Origin: Acidobacteriota bacterium
GTDB lineage: Bacteria; Acidobacteriota; UBA6911; RPQK01; JAJDTT01
NCBI GenBank assembly: GCA_965217775.1
Contig: CBDCJH010000002.1
Location: forward strand, 2,016,001-2,080,000
Length of the DNA: 64,000 bases
Direction: 5' to 3'
Position numbers and translations under genes: made by a program. The notes beneath the pieces are model-generated. The model was not told the origin of the DNA. It searched no databases and saw only the letters and a program-made list of their open reading frames with translations. Shown here in pieces: positions 29,611-40,802 of the stretch (the stretch's first letter is position 1; each line of letters starts with the position of its first letter).

Positions 29611-30003
29611 GGCTGCGAGTCCAAGCGCGGCCTTGCGCTCGGCGCAGGCCTCCCGGATCAGCCCTCGAACGCCGGGCCGATCTACGTCCTCGACCGATCG
29701 CATCTTCACGTGACGCATCCTGACGCCGGTCCCTTCCAGCAGCTTCTCCGGGTCCGTAAGGCTCGTGCCCCTGTAGAAGCCGAGATTGACCCATGACTTG
29801 TACGGCAGGACGTATGCGTACCCATCGATCATTTTCATGGGTCCGCAACCGTAAGTGGCGGCCCGGTCGCCGAGGCGGACCACTTCGCAGGCATCCGGGT
29901 GAATTTCCAGGATCACTGCGCGCAGGCGTTCGACGACCGGTTTCAGCGGCTCGTTCGAGAGCCGGACGAGATCATCGAACTGGCCGAGCTTGGCCTTTGG
30001 CAT
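29572..30003 (-). CDS. DUF1801/YdhG-like protein
   Basis: VNLGFYRGTSLTDPEKLLEGTG..MRHVK. Confidence 0.75.
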   Translation of the reverse strand: MPKAKLGQFDDLVRLSNEPLKPVVERLRAVILEIHPDACEVVRLGDRAATYGCGPMKMIDGYAYVLPYKSWVNLGFYRGTSLTDPEKLLEGTGVRMRHVKMRSVEDVDRPGVRGLIREACAERKAALGLAASVQRKGDGSIGG

Positions 30004-30021
30004 GCAGACTCTCGTACTTCG

Positions 30022-30681
30022 CTAGCCCGATTTTCGCCGGCCCGTCACCAGGAGGGCGATTCCACCGAAGAGGGCTCCCACCACCATGGTGTAGGCCACC
30101 CAAATGGTCAATTGGGGAACCACGCCCGACCAGAAGAATTTGCCCATGGCGCTCATCTCCGGGAACTCCGGGGGCGCGGCGTCGTAGTGGGTTCCCCAGT
30201 CGCCCAATACCGCCGGCAGGGTGATGAGAATGACCGGAATGCGGGCGGCCAGAGCGTAGTAGAACAGGATTCTGCCCAGAGCGCACCAGCCGCGGCAGGC
30301 GATGCTCATGCCCACTATTCCGGCGACGGCCGGAACCAGAATGGCAACCGGATAGGCTTCTCCCACCAGTAGACTGCCTCCGATCATGATGGCGACGGCC
30401 GCTGCCAAGCCCCCCAACGCGTACGCCAGCACCCGGCCGGCCGACGCGGGAGCACCACCGGACTTGGCCAGCCTCAAGGCGAAGTGGACCCCGAAGATGG
30501 GCACCAGCCAAGTGATCCCTACAATGGCGCCGCCCCCGCCCGCGTCGGAATTGAACAACAGTGGAGACCAACCGTTGAGTTCTCCGACCAGGCGCAGGAT
30601 GGTCACGGCCAAGGTGATCACCGCCGGCACCAGAATCATGTCCTTGACCGAAATCGGTCCCTTGTTGTTTTCTGCCATCAT
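30022..30681 (-). CDS. Hypothetical multi-pass membrane protein
   Basis: About 6 hydrophobic segments; AGGAGGG RBS upstream. Confidence 0.65.
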   Translation of the reverse strand: MMAENNKGPISVKDMILVPAVITLAVTILRLVGELNGWSPLLFNSDAGGGGAIVGITWLVPIFGVHFALRLAKSGGAPASAGRVLAYALGGLAAAVAIMIGGSLLVGEAYPVAILVPAVAGIVGMSIACRGWCALGRILFYYALAARIPVILITLPAVLGDWGTHYDAAPPEFPEMSAMGKFFWSGVVPQLTIWVAYTMVVGALFGGIALLVTGRRKSG

Positions 30682-30879
30682 GCCCTCCTCTCGTTTCTCT
30701 CCGATCAGCTTCAGCCTGGACAGTATGGATGACTGGCGGCGAAAATCTACCCCTGACCCCGTCCTCCCGGCGTTTGACTAGTTCCCGGTTTCCGCCTAGT
30801 CTCCAATCGTCCATGGATTACAGTTTCCCCCGGAACTTCACCACTGGCTATAGCCCTATCGGCAGGAGAGACATCGAGG

Positions 30880-32349
30880 ATGAAACCTGCAACCCAATCG
30901 TCCGATAACGCACGGTGTCCCGCCGGCATGGGGTACCGCCGCCTGGTGCTGTGGCCGCTGATGTCCCTGATGATCCAGGTCTCGGAAGCAGGAGACTGGA
31001 CGCGGTTTCGGGGACCCAACGGGTCCGGCGTCTCCACCTCCCAGGATCTGCCACTCCGATTCGGACCCCGGGAAAACGTCCGCTGGAAGACTTCCCTTCC
31101 TCCCGGCCATTCCTCTCCCGTATTTTCCCGGGAGAGCATTTTCGTCACCGGTTTCCACGAAGCCAGCCTCTCCACGACGGCCCTGGACCGGAAGACGGGA
31201 AAGATCCGGTGGACTCGGAACATCGCCAGAAACAGGAAGGGTGAGCTCCACCGGGACAATTCCCCCGCCTCCCCCAGTCCCGTGACCGACGGGAGCAACG
31301 TGTACGTCTTTTTCCAGGATCTGGGGCTCCTGGCTTACGATGCTCGCGGCAACGAACTCTGGCGGGTCCCGCTGGGTCCCTTCAACACTCCGTTCGGGAT
31401 CGGTGCTTCCCCCGTTCTGGCGGGCAATCTTGTGGTTCAGGTCTGTGACGGTGAATCCGGATCGTTCATGGTGGCCGTAGACAAGAGCACGGGACACCTT
31501 GCCTGGCGCGACGAGCGTCCTCTGGCCAGACGGGGTTTCTCCACGCCGGTCCTTTATCGGCCTGAAGCCGAAGAGCTCCAGGTCCTGGTTCCGGGATCTT
31601 TCCAACTCGTCGCCTACTCGGCGCCGGCAGGCGAGAGGATCTGGTGGAGCCGCGGACTGACTTGGCAGATGAAGCCCACGCCGGTCATGGACGGAGACTT
31701 CGCCTACGTCCTGGGATGGGCGGGCGCCGCAGACCCGGGCAAGCAGGAGGACGTGATCCCCTTTGCAGAAGCCCTGGGAAAACACGATAGCAACACGGAC
31801 CGAAAACTCTCCAAGGAAGAAGCCGAGGGTGCGATTTCGGCCGACTTCTACAGATCTTGGCACAACTTGGATCTTGATCTGGACGGCTACCTGGGAGAGC
31901 GGGACTGGGAGCTGTATCGTCTGCGCCGCGCTTCGGTCAACTCCATCCAGCGGATTCGTCTGGGAGGCAAGGGCGACATGACCGTGGCGGCCCGGGGATG
32001 GCAATACCACAAGAGCCTGCCCAATGTGCCCTCTCCCCTCCTCTACGAGGGTGTCATCTACCTGGTCAAGGACGGAGGTATCGTCACCACTCTCGATCCG
32101 GGCACCGGCGCCGTCCTGAAGCAGGCAAGGCTGACGGAGGCCATGAGCCGGTATTTCGCGTCTCCCGTCGGGGGCGACGGCAAGGTTTATCTGCTCGGCG
32201 AGAACGGCGACGTCTCGGTCCTGAGCGCCGCACCGGAATGGGAGGTGCTGGCCGTGAACCGAATGGGTGAGGATTGCTATGCCACGCCGGCGCTGGTGGA
32301 CGGAAAAGTCTACCTGCGGACCCTCAGCGCCCTCTACTGCTTCGACTGA
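30880..32349 (+). CDS. PQQ-like (BamB-type) beta-propeller protein with an EF-hand-like insert
   Basis: WTRFRGPNGSG, repeated SP motifs; DSNTDRKLSKEE and DLDLDGYLGERD. Confidence 0.8.
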   Translation: MKPATQSSDNARCPAGMGYRRLVLWPLMSLMIQVSEAGDWTRFRGPNGSGVSTSQDLPLRFGPRENVRWKTSLPPGHSSPVFSRESIFVTGFHEASLSTTALDRKTGKIRWTRNIARNRKGELHRDNSPASPSPVTDGSNVYVFFQDLGLLAYDARGNELWRVPLGPFNTPFGIGASPVLAGNLVVQVCDGESGSFMVAVDKSTGHLAWRDERPLARRGFSTPVLYRPEAEELQVLVPGSFQLVAYSAPAGERIWWSRGLTWQMKPTPVMDGDFAYVLGWAGAADPGKQEDVIPFAEALGKHDSNTDRKLSKEEAEGAISADFYRSWHNLDLDLDGYLGERDWELYRLRRASVNSIQRIRLGGKGDMTVAARGWQYHKSLPNVPSPLLYEGVIYLVKDGGIVTTLDPGTGAVLKQARLTEAMSRYFASPVGGDGKVYLLGENGDVSVLSAAPEWEVLAVNRMGEDCYATPALVDGKVYLRTLSALYCFD

Positions 32350-32620
32350 ATAATCCACGCCGCCCGCGCGATTTAACCGACTACTCGGACGGATAGAGCG
32401 ACGGAACGCAGGACAGGGATTTTGCGGCGAAACCTTGCGGCAAGGGCCTTCGCAAGTGTAATCTCCACAACTGTATGCCATGGTTCGGGTGATCGAAACA
32501 AATGGCATGCGCGCCGGCGCTGAAAGCCCTGGATGGCGTCGAGACCGGTGAGGCGCCCTGCCGACCAGGCTCGGGAAACTCTTAATATCGAGCATTCGAC
32601 AAGGTTGGAGGGACCGGCTT

Positions 32621-32661
32621 CTTTTCATGCCTTCTTTGTCATTGCTTCATATTCTTTTCGT
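32621..32661 (+). promoter_or_regulatory. Putative Pho-box-like 11-bp periodic repeats
   Basis: TTCAT/TTTGT/TTCAT/TTCGT at 32624, 32635, 32646 and 32657, just upstream of the porin-pst operon. Confidence 0.45.
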
Positions 32662-32694
32662 ATCCTCCGCAGTCGGGAATGGAGCGGAAACCCG

Positions 32695-33978
32695 GTGAAG
32701 CGTACGGGACTGCTCATCCTCAGCACGCTGCTGCTGCAAGCGGGAGGCGTTTCCCTGACAGCCCAGACCTCATCGAGGGCCCAGGGAAAAGGCCAACAGG
32801 AGCAGCACGATGAACCCGGGAAGAAGGAATCTTCAGACCGAACTCGGGACGACAACTCCCTGCGACCCTATTGGAAGGACGGAGTCCGGCTGGAGACACC
32901 GGACAAGCGTGTGAGTCTCAAGATCGGCGGACGTATCCAGGCCGACTGGATGTGGATCAACGAGGATCAATCCGTGAGGGACGCCATCGGGGATCAGACC
33001 AGCGGCAGTGAATTCCGCAGGACGCGCCTGTACCTGTCGGGCGACCTGTTCGGGAACCTGAGCTTCAAGAGCCAGTTCGACTTCGCCGGGGGTTCGACGA
33101 CGCTGAAGGATGTATTCGTCGGCCTCAAGGCAATCCCAGGATTCGGGAACGTCAAGGTCGGTCACTACAAGGAACCCTTCAGCCTGGAGGAGCTCACCAG
33201 CAGCAACTACATGACCTTCGTGGAACGTTCCCTGCCCAACGCCTTCTCCCCTTCGAGAAACACGGGAATGACCGTCTACAACTCCCAATTGGGCCAGCGA
33301 TTGACCTGGGCCGCCGGCGTTTTCCGCGATACGGACAACGGTGGAACCAGCCTGGACGACGGCGTCGGCGGCACCTTTCGCCTGACGGGTGTGCCGGCCC
33401 TCAGCAAGCAGAAGGACAGGCTGGTACACATGGGTGTCAGCTACAGCGTGAGAAAACCCAGCAACAGCGTCCTGCGTTGGCGCCAGCGCCCGGAACTGCA
33501 TCTCACCGACCGTTACCTGGACACGGCCTCCTTTCCTGCTGATCGGGTTCGGCTGTTGGCGTTGGAAGGCGCCGTCGTGAGCGGACCCTTTTCGGTTCAG
33601 TCCGAATACATGAATTCGGCGGCCCGTTCCCAAATCGCCGGAGACCCCGTTTTCGACGGCTTCTATATCTATGCCGGCGTCTTCCTGACCGGAGAGCAGC
33701 GGAACTACAAGGCTTCCTCGGCTTCCTTCGACCGCGTGCGGCCCCGGAAAAATTTTGCGCCGGGAGAAGGGACGGGGGCCTGGGAGGTGGCGCTCCGGTA
33801 TTCCACTCTGGACCTGACGGACAGAGCCATCCAGGGAGGCCGCCTCACCAACCTGACGGCGGCCGTGAACTGGTATCTGAATCCGGTGGCCCGGATCATG
33901 TTCAACTATGTCTCCGGCGACCTGTACGAGGTCGGCGGCACCCACGCCGTGGTCACGCGGCTTCAACTGAACTTCTAA
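32695..33978 (+). CDS. Phosphate-selective porin OprO/OprP family
   Basis: Signal peptide, [33 protein letters not shown], terminal F; heads the pst operon. Confidence 0.88.
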   Translation: MKRTGLLILSTLLLQAGGVSLTAQTSSRAQGKGQQEQHDEPGKKESSDRTRDDNSLRPYWKDGVRLETPDKRVSLKIGGRIQADWMWINEDQSVRDAIGDQTSGSEFRRTRLYLSGDLFGNLSFKSQFDFAGGSTTLKDVFVGLKAIPGFGNVKVGHYKEPFSLEELTSSNYMTFVERSLPNAFSPSRNTGMTVYNSQLGQRLTWAAGVFRDTDNGGTSLDDGVGGTFRLTGVPALSKQKDRLVHMGVSYSVRKPSNSVLRWRQRPELHLTDRYLDTASFPADRVRLLALEGAVVSGPFSVQSEYMNSAARSQIAGDPVFDGFYIYAGVFLTGEQRNYKASSASFDRVRPRKNFAPGEGTGAWEVALRYSTLDLTDRAIQGGRLTNLTAAVNWYLNPVARIMFNYVSGDLYEVGGTHAVVTRLQLNF

Positions 33979-34008
33979 CCTTTGCAAACGGATGAGGAAT
34001 CAGGATCC

Positions 34009-34992
34009 ATGGCGAAAATAGTACGCTGCCTGTGTATTTCGGGGATTCTCCTGACTTCTTGCGGCGGTGGCGACGATTCGGGAGGGATGCGCGGTCGAGT
34101 CAGGGTCGATGGTTCCAGCACCGTATTCCCCATCACCGAGGCCGTCGCCGAAGAATTCCAGAAGCTCCACCGCGGGGTCCAGGTCACGGTGGGGATTTCC
34201 GGGACGGGTGGAGGATTCAAGAAATTCTGCGCCGGCGAGACCGATATCAATGACGCGTCGCGCCCCATCAAACCCACGGAAGAGGAGGCCGCCAAGGCGA
34301 ACTCGGTCCGGTTCATCGAATTGCCCGTGGCCTACGACGGTATCTCGGTGGTCGCCCATCCGGAGAACGACTTCCTGGACTATCTGACCGTGGAGGAGCT
34401 GCGGAAAATCTGGCAGCCCGGAAGCATGGTGAACCAATGGAGCGACATCCGTTCGGAATGGCCTGACAGGCCGCTCACGTTGTACGGACCCGGAACCGAT
34501 TCGGGGACCTTCGACTATTTCACCGAGGCGGTCAACGGAAAGTCGCAATTGTGCCGCCCCGATTTCACCGCCAGCGAGGATGATAACGTTCTGGTTCAAG
34601 GCATCGCGGGGGACCCGGACGCTCTGGGTTTCTTTGGCTTCGCCTACTACGCCGAGAACGCCGACCGCTTGAAGCTGATCCCCATCGACGGGGGCGACGG
34701 CCCGGTTTTTCCGTCCAACGAAACTATCAACACGAACACGTACAATCCCCTTTCCCGACCCATTCTCATCTACGTCAACGATCAGGCCCGACGGGAGGAG
34801 GTGGTGGCGTTCGTCGAATTCTACCTCCGGGAGGCTCCCAATCTGGTTCAGGAAGTAGGTTACGTGGCGCTGCCGGAAAAAGTTTACCAGTTGGCGTTGC
34901 ACCGCTTCACCATTGGCGTCACGGGGACGGTCTACGGCGGCGGACACGCTGCAGGCGCCTCGCTGCTCGATCTGTTCCAGGTGGGCGGCTAA
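34009..34992 (+). CDS. pstS: Phosphate ABC transporter substrate-binding lipoprotein
   Basis: [29 protein letters not shown]. Confidence 0.93.
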   Translation: MAKIVRCLCISGILLTSCGGGDDSGGMRGRVRVDGSSTVFPITEAVAEEFQKLHRGVQVTVGISGTGGGFKKFCAGETDINDASRPIKPTEEEAAKANSVRFIELPVAYDGISVVAHPENDFLDYLTVEELRKIWQPGSMVNQWSDIRSEWPDRPLTLYGPGTDSGTFDYFTEAVNGKSQLCRPDFTASEDDNVLVQGIAGDPDALGFFGFAYYAENADRLKLIPIDGGDGPVFPSNETINTNTYNPLSRPILIYVNDQARREEVVAFVEFYLREAPNLVQEVGYVALPEKVYQLALHRFTIGVTGTVYGGGHAAGASLLDLFQVGG

Positions 34993-35039
34993 CCGCCGGC
35001 TGGCAGGACTGAAGTTCCTGCGCGCGATTCAGCACAGAC

Positions 35040-35939
35040 ATGACACTCCAGTTTCGGAAGAAAAGGAACGTTCGCGAGAAACTCATCGCATTGCTCCTGC
35101 TGAGTTGTGCCTGCGTCTCGGTCGCCACGACGGTGGCCATCATCCTGATTCTGCTGAAGGAATCGGCCCTCTTCTTCCGCGAAGTCCCCATTCTGGACTT
35201 CCTGTTCGGCACCCGCTGGACGCCGCTGCTGGAACCCCGATCCTTCGGCGTCCTGCCCTTGCTCTCCGGAACCCTGCTCATCGTCATCGGCTCGTCCCTG
35301 GTCGCTCTTCCGGTGGGCCTGGCCACAGGCATCTATCTGTCCGAGTACGCTTCGGACCGCGTCCGAGAGGTGGTCAAACCCGTTTTGGAAATCCTCGCCG
35401 GCATCCCCACCGTGGTGTACGGGTATTTCGCACTGACTTTCGTCACGCCGGTCCTGCAGACGTTTTTCAATCAGATCCGGATCTTCAACGCGGCCAGCGC
35501 CTCCATCGTCGTGGGGATCATGGTACTGCCCATGGTGGCCTCTCTCTGCGACGACGCCTTCCGAGCCGTCCCCAAGTCGCTCCGCAATGGAGCCTACGCC
35601 CTGGGCGCCACTCGGTTGGAAGTCACCTTGGGCGTCACCCTTCCCTCGGCGACGTCGGGTGTTGTGGCGTCGTTCGTTCTCGCGATTTCGAGAGCCATCG
35701 GCGAAACCATGGCGGTCACCCTGGCGGCGGGAGCGACTCCGAAGATGACCCTCAATCCGGCGGAGAGCATCCAGACCATGACGGCCTATATCGTCCAGGT
35801 CAGTCTCGGCGATACGCCGGCCGGCACCATCGAATACCAGACCATCTTCGCCGTTGCCGCCCTGCTGTTCGCCATTACCTTGCTCATGAACGTGATCGCC
35901 AACCGGGTGCTGCGCCGGTTCCGGGAGGTGTACGAGTGA
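35040..35939 (+). CDS. pstC: Phosphate ABC transporter permease
   Basis: LAGIPTVVYG, SRAIGETMAV. Confidence 0.93.
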   Translation: MTLQFRKKRNVREKLIALLLLSCACVSVATTVAIILILLKESALFFREVPILDFLFGTRWTPLLEPRSFGVLPLLSGTLLIVIGSSLVALPVGLATGIYLSEYASDRVREVVKPVLEILAGIPTVVYGYFALTFVTPVLQTFFNQIRIFNAASASIVVGIMVLPMVASLCDDAFRAVPKSLRNGAYALGATRLEVTLGVTLPSATSGVVASFVLAISRAIGETMAVTLAAGATPKMTLNPAESIQTMTAYIVQVSLGDTPAGTIEYQTIFAVAALLFAITLLMNVIANRVLRRFREVYE

Positions 35940-36793
35940 AGAGTCTGGCCGGCCGGCGGCGCCTGGCTTCCATCTTCCGCTACGCCTGTACCCTGGTGAC
36001 TTGGGGCGGCGTCCTCCTTCTGGCCATGCTGCTTTACCACGTCAGCCGCCAGGGAGTGGCTTGGCTCGACTTGCAGTTCCTGCAATCGTTCCCCTCCCGC
36101 TTTCCGGATCGGGCCGGTATCAAGTCGGCGCTCTGGGGAACCTGTTGGGTCATCAGCTTCACCGCCATCTTTTCCATCCCTCTGGGCGTGGCTTCCGCCA
36201 TCTACCTCGAGGAGTATGCGAGGAAGGGGAGGCTGGCTCGCTGGATCGAAATCAATCTCTCGAATCTTTCGGGAGTCCCTTCCATCGTATTCGGAATCCT
36301 GGGACTCGTCATCTTCGTCCGGATGATGGCTCTTGAGAGGAGCGTGCTCGCGGGAAGCCTGACCTTGGCGCTGCTGATTCTGCCCGTGATCGTCATCGCC
36401 GCACGAGAAGCGATCCGGGCCGTGCCCCAGTCCATCCGGCACGCGTCATACGCCCTGGGAGCGACCCGTTGGGAGACGGTGCGTCACCATGTGCTGCCTT
36501 CCGCCTTTCCCGGAATCTTGACCGGAGTCATTCTGGCCGTCTCCCGCGCCATTGGCGAGACGGCCCCTTTGATCATGATCGGTGCTCTCACCTACGTGGC
36601 CTTCGTGCCGGAGAATCCGTTGTCTCCCTTCACGACTCTTCCCATCCAGATCTTCAACTGGTCCTCGAGACCGCAGCAGGAATTCCACCATGTGGCCGCC
36701 GCCGGCATCATCGTGCTGCTGGTGGTCTTGCTTCTGATGAACGCGACTGCCATCTATATCCGGCATAGACTGGGGAAAAGAACGGGACGATAA
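35936..36793 (+). CDS. pstA: Phosphate ABC transporter permease
   Basis: NLSGVPSIVFG, SRAIGETAPL; GTGA overlap with pstC. Confidence 0.93.
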   Translation: MKSLAGRRRLASIFRYACTLVTWGGVLLLAMLLYHVSRQGVAWLDLQFLQSFPSRFPDRAGIKSALWGTCWVISFTAIFSIPLGVASAIYLEEYARKGRLARWIEINLSNLSGVPSIVFGILGLVIFVRMMALERSVLAGSLTLALLILPVIVIAAREAIRAVPQSIRHASYALGATRWETVRHHVLPSAFPGILTGVILAVSRAIGETAPLIMIGALTYVAFVPENPLSPFTTLPIQIFNWSSRPQQEFHHVAAAGIIVLLVVLLLMNATAIYIRHRLGKRTGR

Positions 36794-36814
36794 GTCCGGA
36801 CTCGCTTATTGGCT

Positions 36815-37567
36815 ATGAAGGAACCGATTCTGCAGACCGTCGATCTCAGCATCTTCTACGAAGGCATTCCAGCCATCCGGAACGTCTCGCTCTCCATCGA
36901 GGAACGTGGGATCACCGCCATCATCGGCCCGTCCGGCTGCGGCAAGAGCACATTGCTCAGGGCCTTCAACCGCATGAACGACTTGATCGAGGGAGCCCGC
37001 CATGAGGGCACGGTGCTCTACCGGGGCATGGACGTCTACGCTCCGGACGTGGACCCCGCCGATGTCCGGCGGCGGGCCGGAATGGTCTTCCAGAAGCCCA
37101 ATCCCTTTCCCAAGTCCATCTACAAGAACGTGGCGTGGGGGCCTTCCATCAATGGTTATCCCGGCAACTTGGACGAGAGAGTCGAACGGTCGTTGCGACA
37201 GGCGGCGCTCTGGGAAGAGGTGCGGGACCGGATGGACGAGTCGGCCATCAACCTCTCGGGAGGACAGCAGCAACGGCTCTGCATCGCTCGTGCCCTGGCC
37301 ATGGAGCCCGAGGTCATCCTGATGGACGAACCCTGTTCCGCGCTGGATCCGGTCTCGACCGCCCGCATCGAGGACCTGATGTTCGAGCTCAAGGAGCGCT
37401 ACAGCATCGTGATCGTGACCCACAACATGCAGCAAGCCTCCCGCGTCTCGCAACATACGGCCTTTCTGGAGAATGGTAAGCTGGTCGAGTTCGGTGAGAC
37501 CCAGACCATCTTCACGCGTCCCCAGGAAAGGCGAACCGAAGAGTACGTGACAGGACGTTTCGGTTAG
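36815..37567 (+). CDS. pstB: Phosphate ABC transporter ATPase
   Basis: [40 protein letters not shown]. Confidence 0.95.
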   Translation: MKEPILQTVDLSIFYEGIPAIRNVSLSIEERGITAIIGPSGCGKSTLLRAFNRMNDLIEGARHEGTVLYRGMDVYAPDVDPADVRRRAGMVFQKPNPFPKSIYKNVAWGPSINGYPGNLDERVERSLRQAALWEEVRDRMDESAINLSGGQQQRLCIARALAMEPEVILMDEPCSALDPVSTARIEDLMFELKERYSIVIVTHNMQQASRVSQHTAFLENGKLVEFGETQTIFTRPQERRTEEYVTGRFG

Positions 37568-37632
37568 GAAGAATCGTGGGGCCGTAGTCCTACGGAGGTG
37601 AATTTGCTCGGATCCGGTCCGGGAGACTTGCC

Positions 37633-38322
37633 ATGACCAAGCACATGCTGCGCGATTTCGAAAACCTGAAGAGGAAGCTCCTCGGTTTGGGAGGCATCGT
37701 CGAGGAGGCCATCAACAACGCCATCCTGGCGTTGCTCGACCGCCGGCACGACCTGGCGGAAGGGGTCATTTCCGGAGACCGCCAGATCGATCTCAATGAA
37801 GTGGATCTGGAGGAGGACTGCCTCAAAGCCCTGGCGCTCTACCAGCCGGTCGCCAGAGATCTTCGTTTCATCATCGTGGTCCTGAAAGTCAACAACGATT
37901 TGGAGCGCATGGGCGACTTGGCCGTCAATATCGCCGAACGAGCCTCCTACCTCTCCGTCCACCCGGCGTTGAAGGTTTCGCTGGACTTCGCGCGAATGGT
38001 GACCGGCGTCCGCCGGATGGTGCGGGACAGCCTGGACGCCCTCATCCGGATGGACACCGACCTGGCCCGGACGGTCCTCACCATGGATGACGAAATCGAT
38101 GCCATCAACCGGGATATGTTCATCTCGCTGCAAGCACTGATGAAACAGGACTCCGACACGGTGGAGCGATCGGTCCACCTGCTGTCCACCTCCCGGAACC
38201 TGGAGCGGATTGCGGACCTTTGCACCAACATTGCCGAAGACGTGGTCTTCATGGTGGACGGCGATCTGATCCGCCATCGAAACAAGGACTACCGGAAGCC
38301 CGTTTCCCCGGATCAGAACTGA
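37633..38322 (+). CDS. phoU: Phosphate signalling protein
   Basis: QPVARDLR, DLERMGDLA, LERIADLCTNIAE. Confidence 0.95.
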   Translation: MTKHMLRDFENLKRKLLGLGGIVEEAINNAILALLDRRHDLAEGVISGDRQIDLNEVDLEEDCLKALALYQPVARDLRFIIVVLKVNNDLERMGDLAVNIAERASYLSVHPALKVSLDFARMVTGVRRMVRDSLDALIRMDTDLARTVLTMDDEIDAINRDMFISLQALMKQDSDTVERSVHLLSTSRNLERIADLCTNIAEDVVFMVDGDLIRHRNKDYRKPVSPDQN

Positions 38323-38486
38323 TCGGCGGCGCTGCTCACGACCACCTCTCATCTGGCTTCCGTTGCTATGGGTGAGCCAGGTCCGGTCCACACCCCGACC
38401 GTCCCGGCCGCCAGTCCTCCCTGGCCTTGCAGAACAGGCATTTCCAATGCGTAAGGTTAAAATGACCAGAGAGCCGGAAAGCCAAG

Positions 38487-40802
38487 ATGTCTATCCACGG
38501 GTTCATATTGCAAGCGACCTACCGGATCGAGGCCCGGCGCCCCGTGGTTCATCTGTTCGGACGGCTGGAGAACGGAGATCCGTTTCTGGTCCGCGACGAC
38601 CGGGAGACTCCCCACTTCTACATCGCTTCGCGGCACCGTGCCCGGGCACGGAATCTGGGTGCGGAGTTCCTGACCCCGTCCGGCTTCCGCGCCCTGGATG
38701 GGACGCCTCTGGTGCGAGTCAATCTCCGGATCCCGTCCCACACTCCTGCCCTGCGCGATCGTCTCATCGAGCATCACATCCCCTGCCATGAAGCCGACAT
38801 CCCCTTTGCCACGCGATTCCTGATCAATCGCGGTATCCGGGGATCACTCGAGATCGACGGGGCGGGGCGCCGGGTCCCCGGACTGGGATGGGTCTACCGG
38901 AACCCCGGCCTGGCTCCGGCGAACCGGACACCCCGGCTCTCGACTCTCTCCCTGGATATCGAGACCGATCCCGGCGGCAAGACCGTGTTTTCGGTGGCTC
39001 TGCACGGCTGCGGGACTTCGGAGGTCCTGCTGCTGGACCCCGACGGAGGCGAATCGGCGGGAGGCGCCGTCTGCTTCCGGCGGAAGGAGGAATTTCTCCG
39101 GGCGTTCTGCGGGAGAGTCCGGGAACTGGACCCGGACATACTTACCGGCTGGAACGTGGTGGACTTCGACCTTCGGGTCCTGGACCGCCTGAGCCGGAGC
39201 TGCGGTGTCCCGCTCCAACTGGGGCGCGGCCGGGAGCCCATGCGGCTGCGGCCTTCGCGTTCCCCCTGGGCCAACCGGGAGGCCCGGATTCCGGGCCGGG
39301 TGGTGGCCGACGGGATCCACCTGCTCCGGGGATCCTTCGTCCGGCTCGAACGCTACTCCTTGGAATTCGCCGCCCGGCAGGTGTTGGGAGAGGGGAAGAC
39401 GCTCCATGGGGCCGACCGACCGACCGAGATCCTGGAGAGCTTTCGCAACGACCGCGAACGATTCGTACTCTACAACCGGACCGACGCCAGACTGGCCCTG
39501 GAAATCCTGGAAAAACTGAAGCTCGTCGACCTGGCCGTGGAGCGAAGCCGGTTGACCGGTCTCCCCATCGATCGGGTGAGCGGGTCCATCGCGGCCTTCG
39601 ATTTCCTCTACCTGACGGAGCTTCACAAGAGGCGCATCGCCGCCCCCAGCGTCGGCGCCGCCGCCAGTACGGCTCCGAGTCCGGGGGGCCACGTGCTGGA
39701 GCCCGAGCCGGGCCTCTACGAACAGGTTCTGGTCTTCGACTTCAAGAGCCTCTACCCCAGCCTGATCCGCACCTTTCAGATCGATCCGCTGGGCTACGTC
39801 TCCCGGCCCGAGCCGGATCAGGACCTCATCGTCGCCCCGAATGGGGCCGCCTTTCGGAGAACACCGGGCATTCTGACCGGGCTGCTGAACCATCTCTTCC
39901 CGCGCCGCGAAGCCGCCAAGGCCGCGGGCGACCAAGTCGCCAGCCATGCCATCAAGATCCTCATGAACTCCTTCTACGGAGTCATGGGCACTCCTGCCTG
40001 CCGCTTTTATCGACCCCAACTGGCCGCGGCCATCACCACCTTCGGCCGCGAGATCCTGCTCTGGTCCAGGGACCGTTTTCGAGACTACGGTTTCCGGGTT
40101 CTCTACGGAGACACCGACAGCCTCTTCGTGCTCTCCGGCGAGCAGACGACCTCCGCAGCTCAGGCCAAGGGCGAAGAGTTGGCGCGGCGCCTCAACCGGG
40201 ATCTGGAGCGCCACATCATCGAAAAATGGAGGGTGAAGAGCCGTTTGGAGTTGGAACTGGAGCGGCTCTACCGAAAATTTTTCATCCCGGCGACCCGCAA
40301 AGGGGGTCGAGGCGCCCGCAAGCGGTATGTGGGCTTCGTCGGTGACGGGCCCGATGCCGAGGTTGTCTTTACCGGTATGGAGGTGGTCCGGAGCGATTGG
40401 ACCGAGCTGGCCAGGAGGGTCCAGAAGGAACTGTACCGGAGACTGTTCACCCAAACGGATGTTCGACCCTACCTGCACGAAACCGTGGCTCGCCTCCGGG
40501 CGGGGCGCCTGGACCACCTTCTCGTCTACAGCAAAAAGCTGGGGAAACCGTTGAAGGAATACCGGAGCACGACTCCCCCTCACGTCGCAGCGGCTCGCAA
40601 GATGGCCGGCAAGCCCGGACGCCGGATCTCATATCTCATGACTCGGGCCGGTCCGGAACCGGCGGGCGAGACCACTGCCGACATCGATCGTGAACACTAC
40701 GTCCGGAAACAGGTGCGCTCGGTGTCCCAACCGGTACTGGACCACCTGGCCCTGAAGTTCAAGAAGGTCATCGGGGATGATCGTCAACTTGAGCTGTTCT
40801 GA
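38487..40802 (+). CDS. polB: DNA polymerase II (family B)
   Basis: SLDIET, DFKSLYPS, KILMNSFYG, YGDTDS, KRY. Confidence 0.93.
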   Translation: MSIHGFILQATYRIEARRPVVHLFGRLENGDPFLVRDDRETPHFYIASRHRARARNLGAEFLTPSGFRALDGTPLVRVNLRIPSHTPALRDRLIEHHIPCHEADIPFATRFLINRGIRGSLEIDGAGRRVPGLGWVYRNPGLAPANRTPRLSTLSLDIETDPGGKTVFSVALHGCGTSEVLLLDPDGGESAGGAVCFRRKEEFLRAFCGRVRELDPDILTGWNVVDFDLRVLDRLSRSCGVPLQLGRGREPMRLRPSRSPWANREARIPGRVVADGIHLLRGSFVRLERYSLEFAARQVLGEGKTLHGADRPTEILESFRNDRERFVLYNRTDARLALEILEKLKLVDLAVERSRLTGLPIDRVSGSIAAFDFLYLTELHKRRIAAPSVGAAASTAPSPGGHVLEPEPGLYEQVLVFDFKSLYPSLIRTFQIDPLGYVSRPEPDQDLIVAPNGAAFRRTPGILTGLLNHLFPRREAAKAAGDQVASHAIKILMNSFYGVMGTPACRFYRPQLAAAITTFGREILLWSRDRFRDYGFRVLYGDTDSLFVLSGEQTTSAAQAKGEELARRLNRDLERHIIEKWRVKSRLELELERLYRKFFIPATRKGGRGARKRYVGFVGDGPDAEVVFTGMEVVRSDWTELARRVQKELYRRLFTQTDVRPYLHETVARLRAGRLDHLLVYSKKLGKPLKEYRSTTPPHVAAARKMAGKPGRRISYLMTRAGPEPAGETTADIDREHYVRKQVRSVSQPVLDHLALKFKKVIGDDRQLELF

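Noticed and set aside
38487-40802. Family B polymerase as a casposon, pipolin or phage marker
   Set aside because: It looks like ordinary bacterial Pol II among housekeeping genes, with no integrase, cas1 or terminal repeats.
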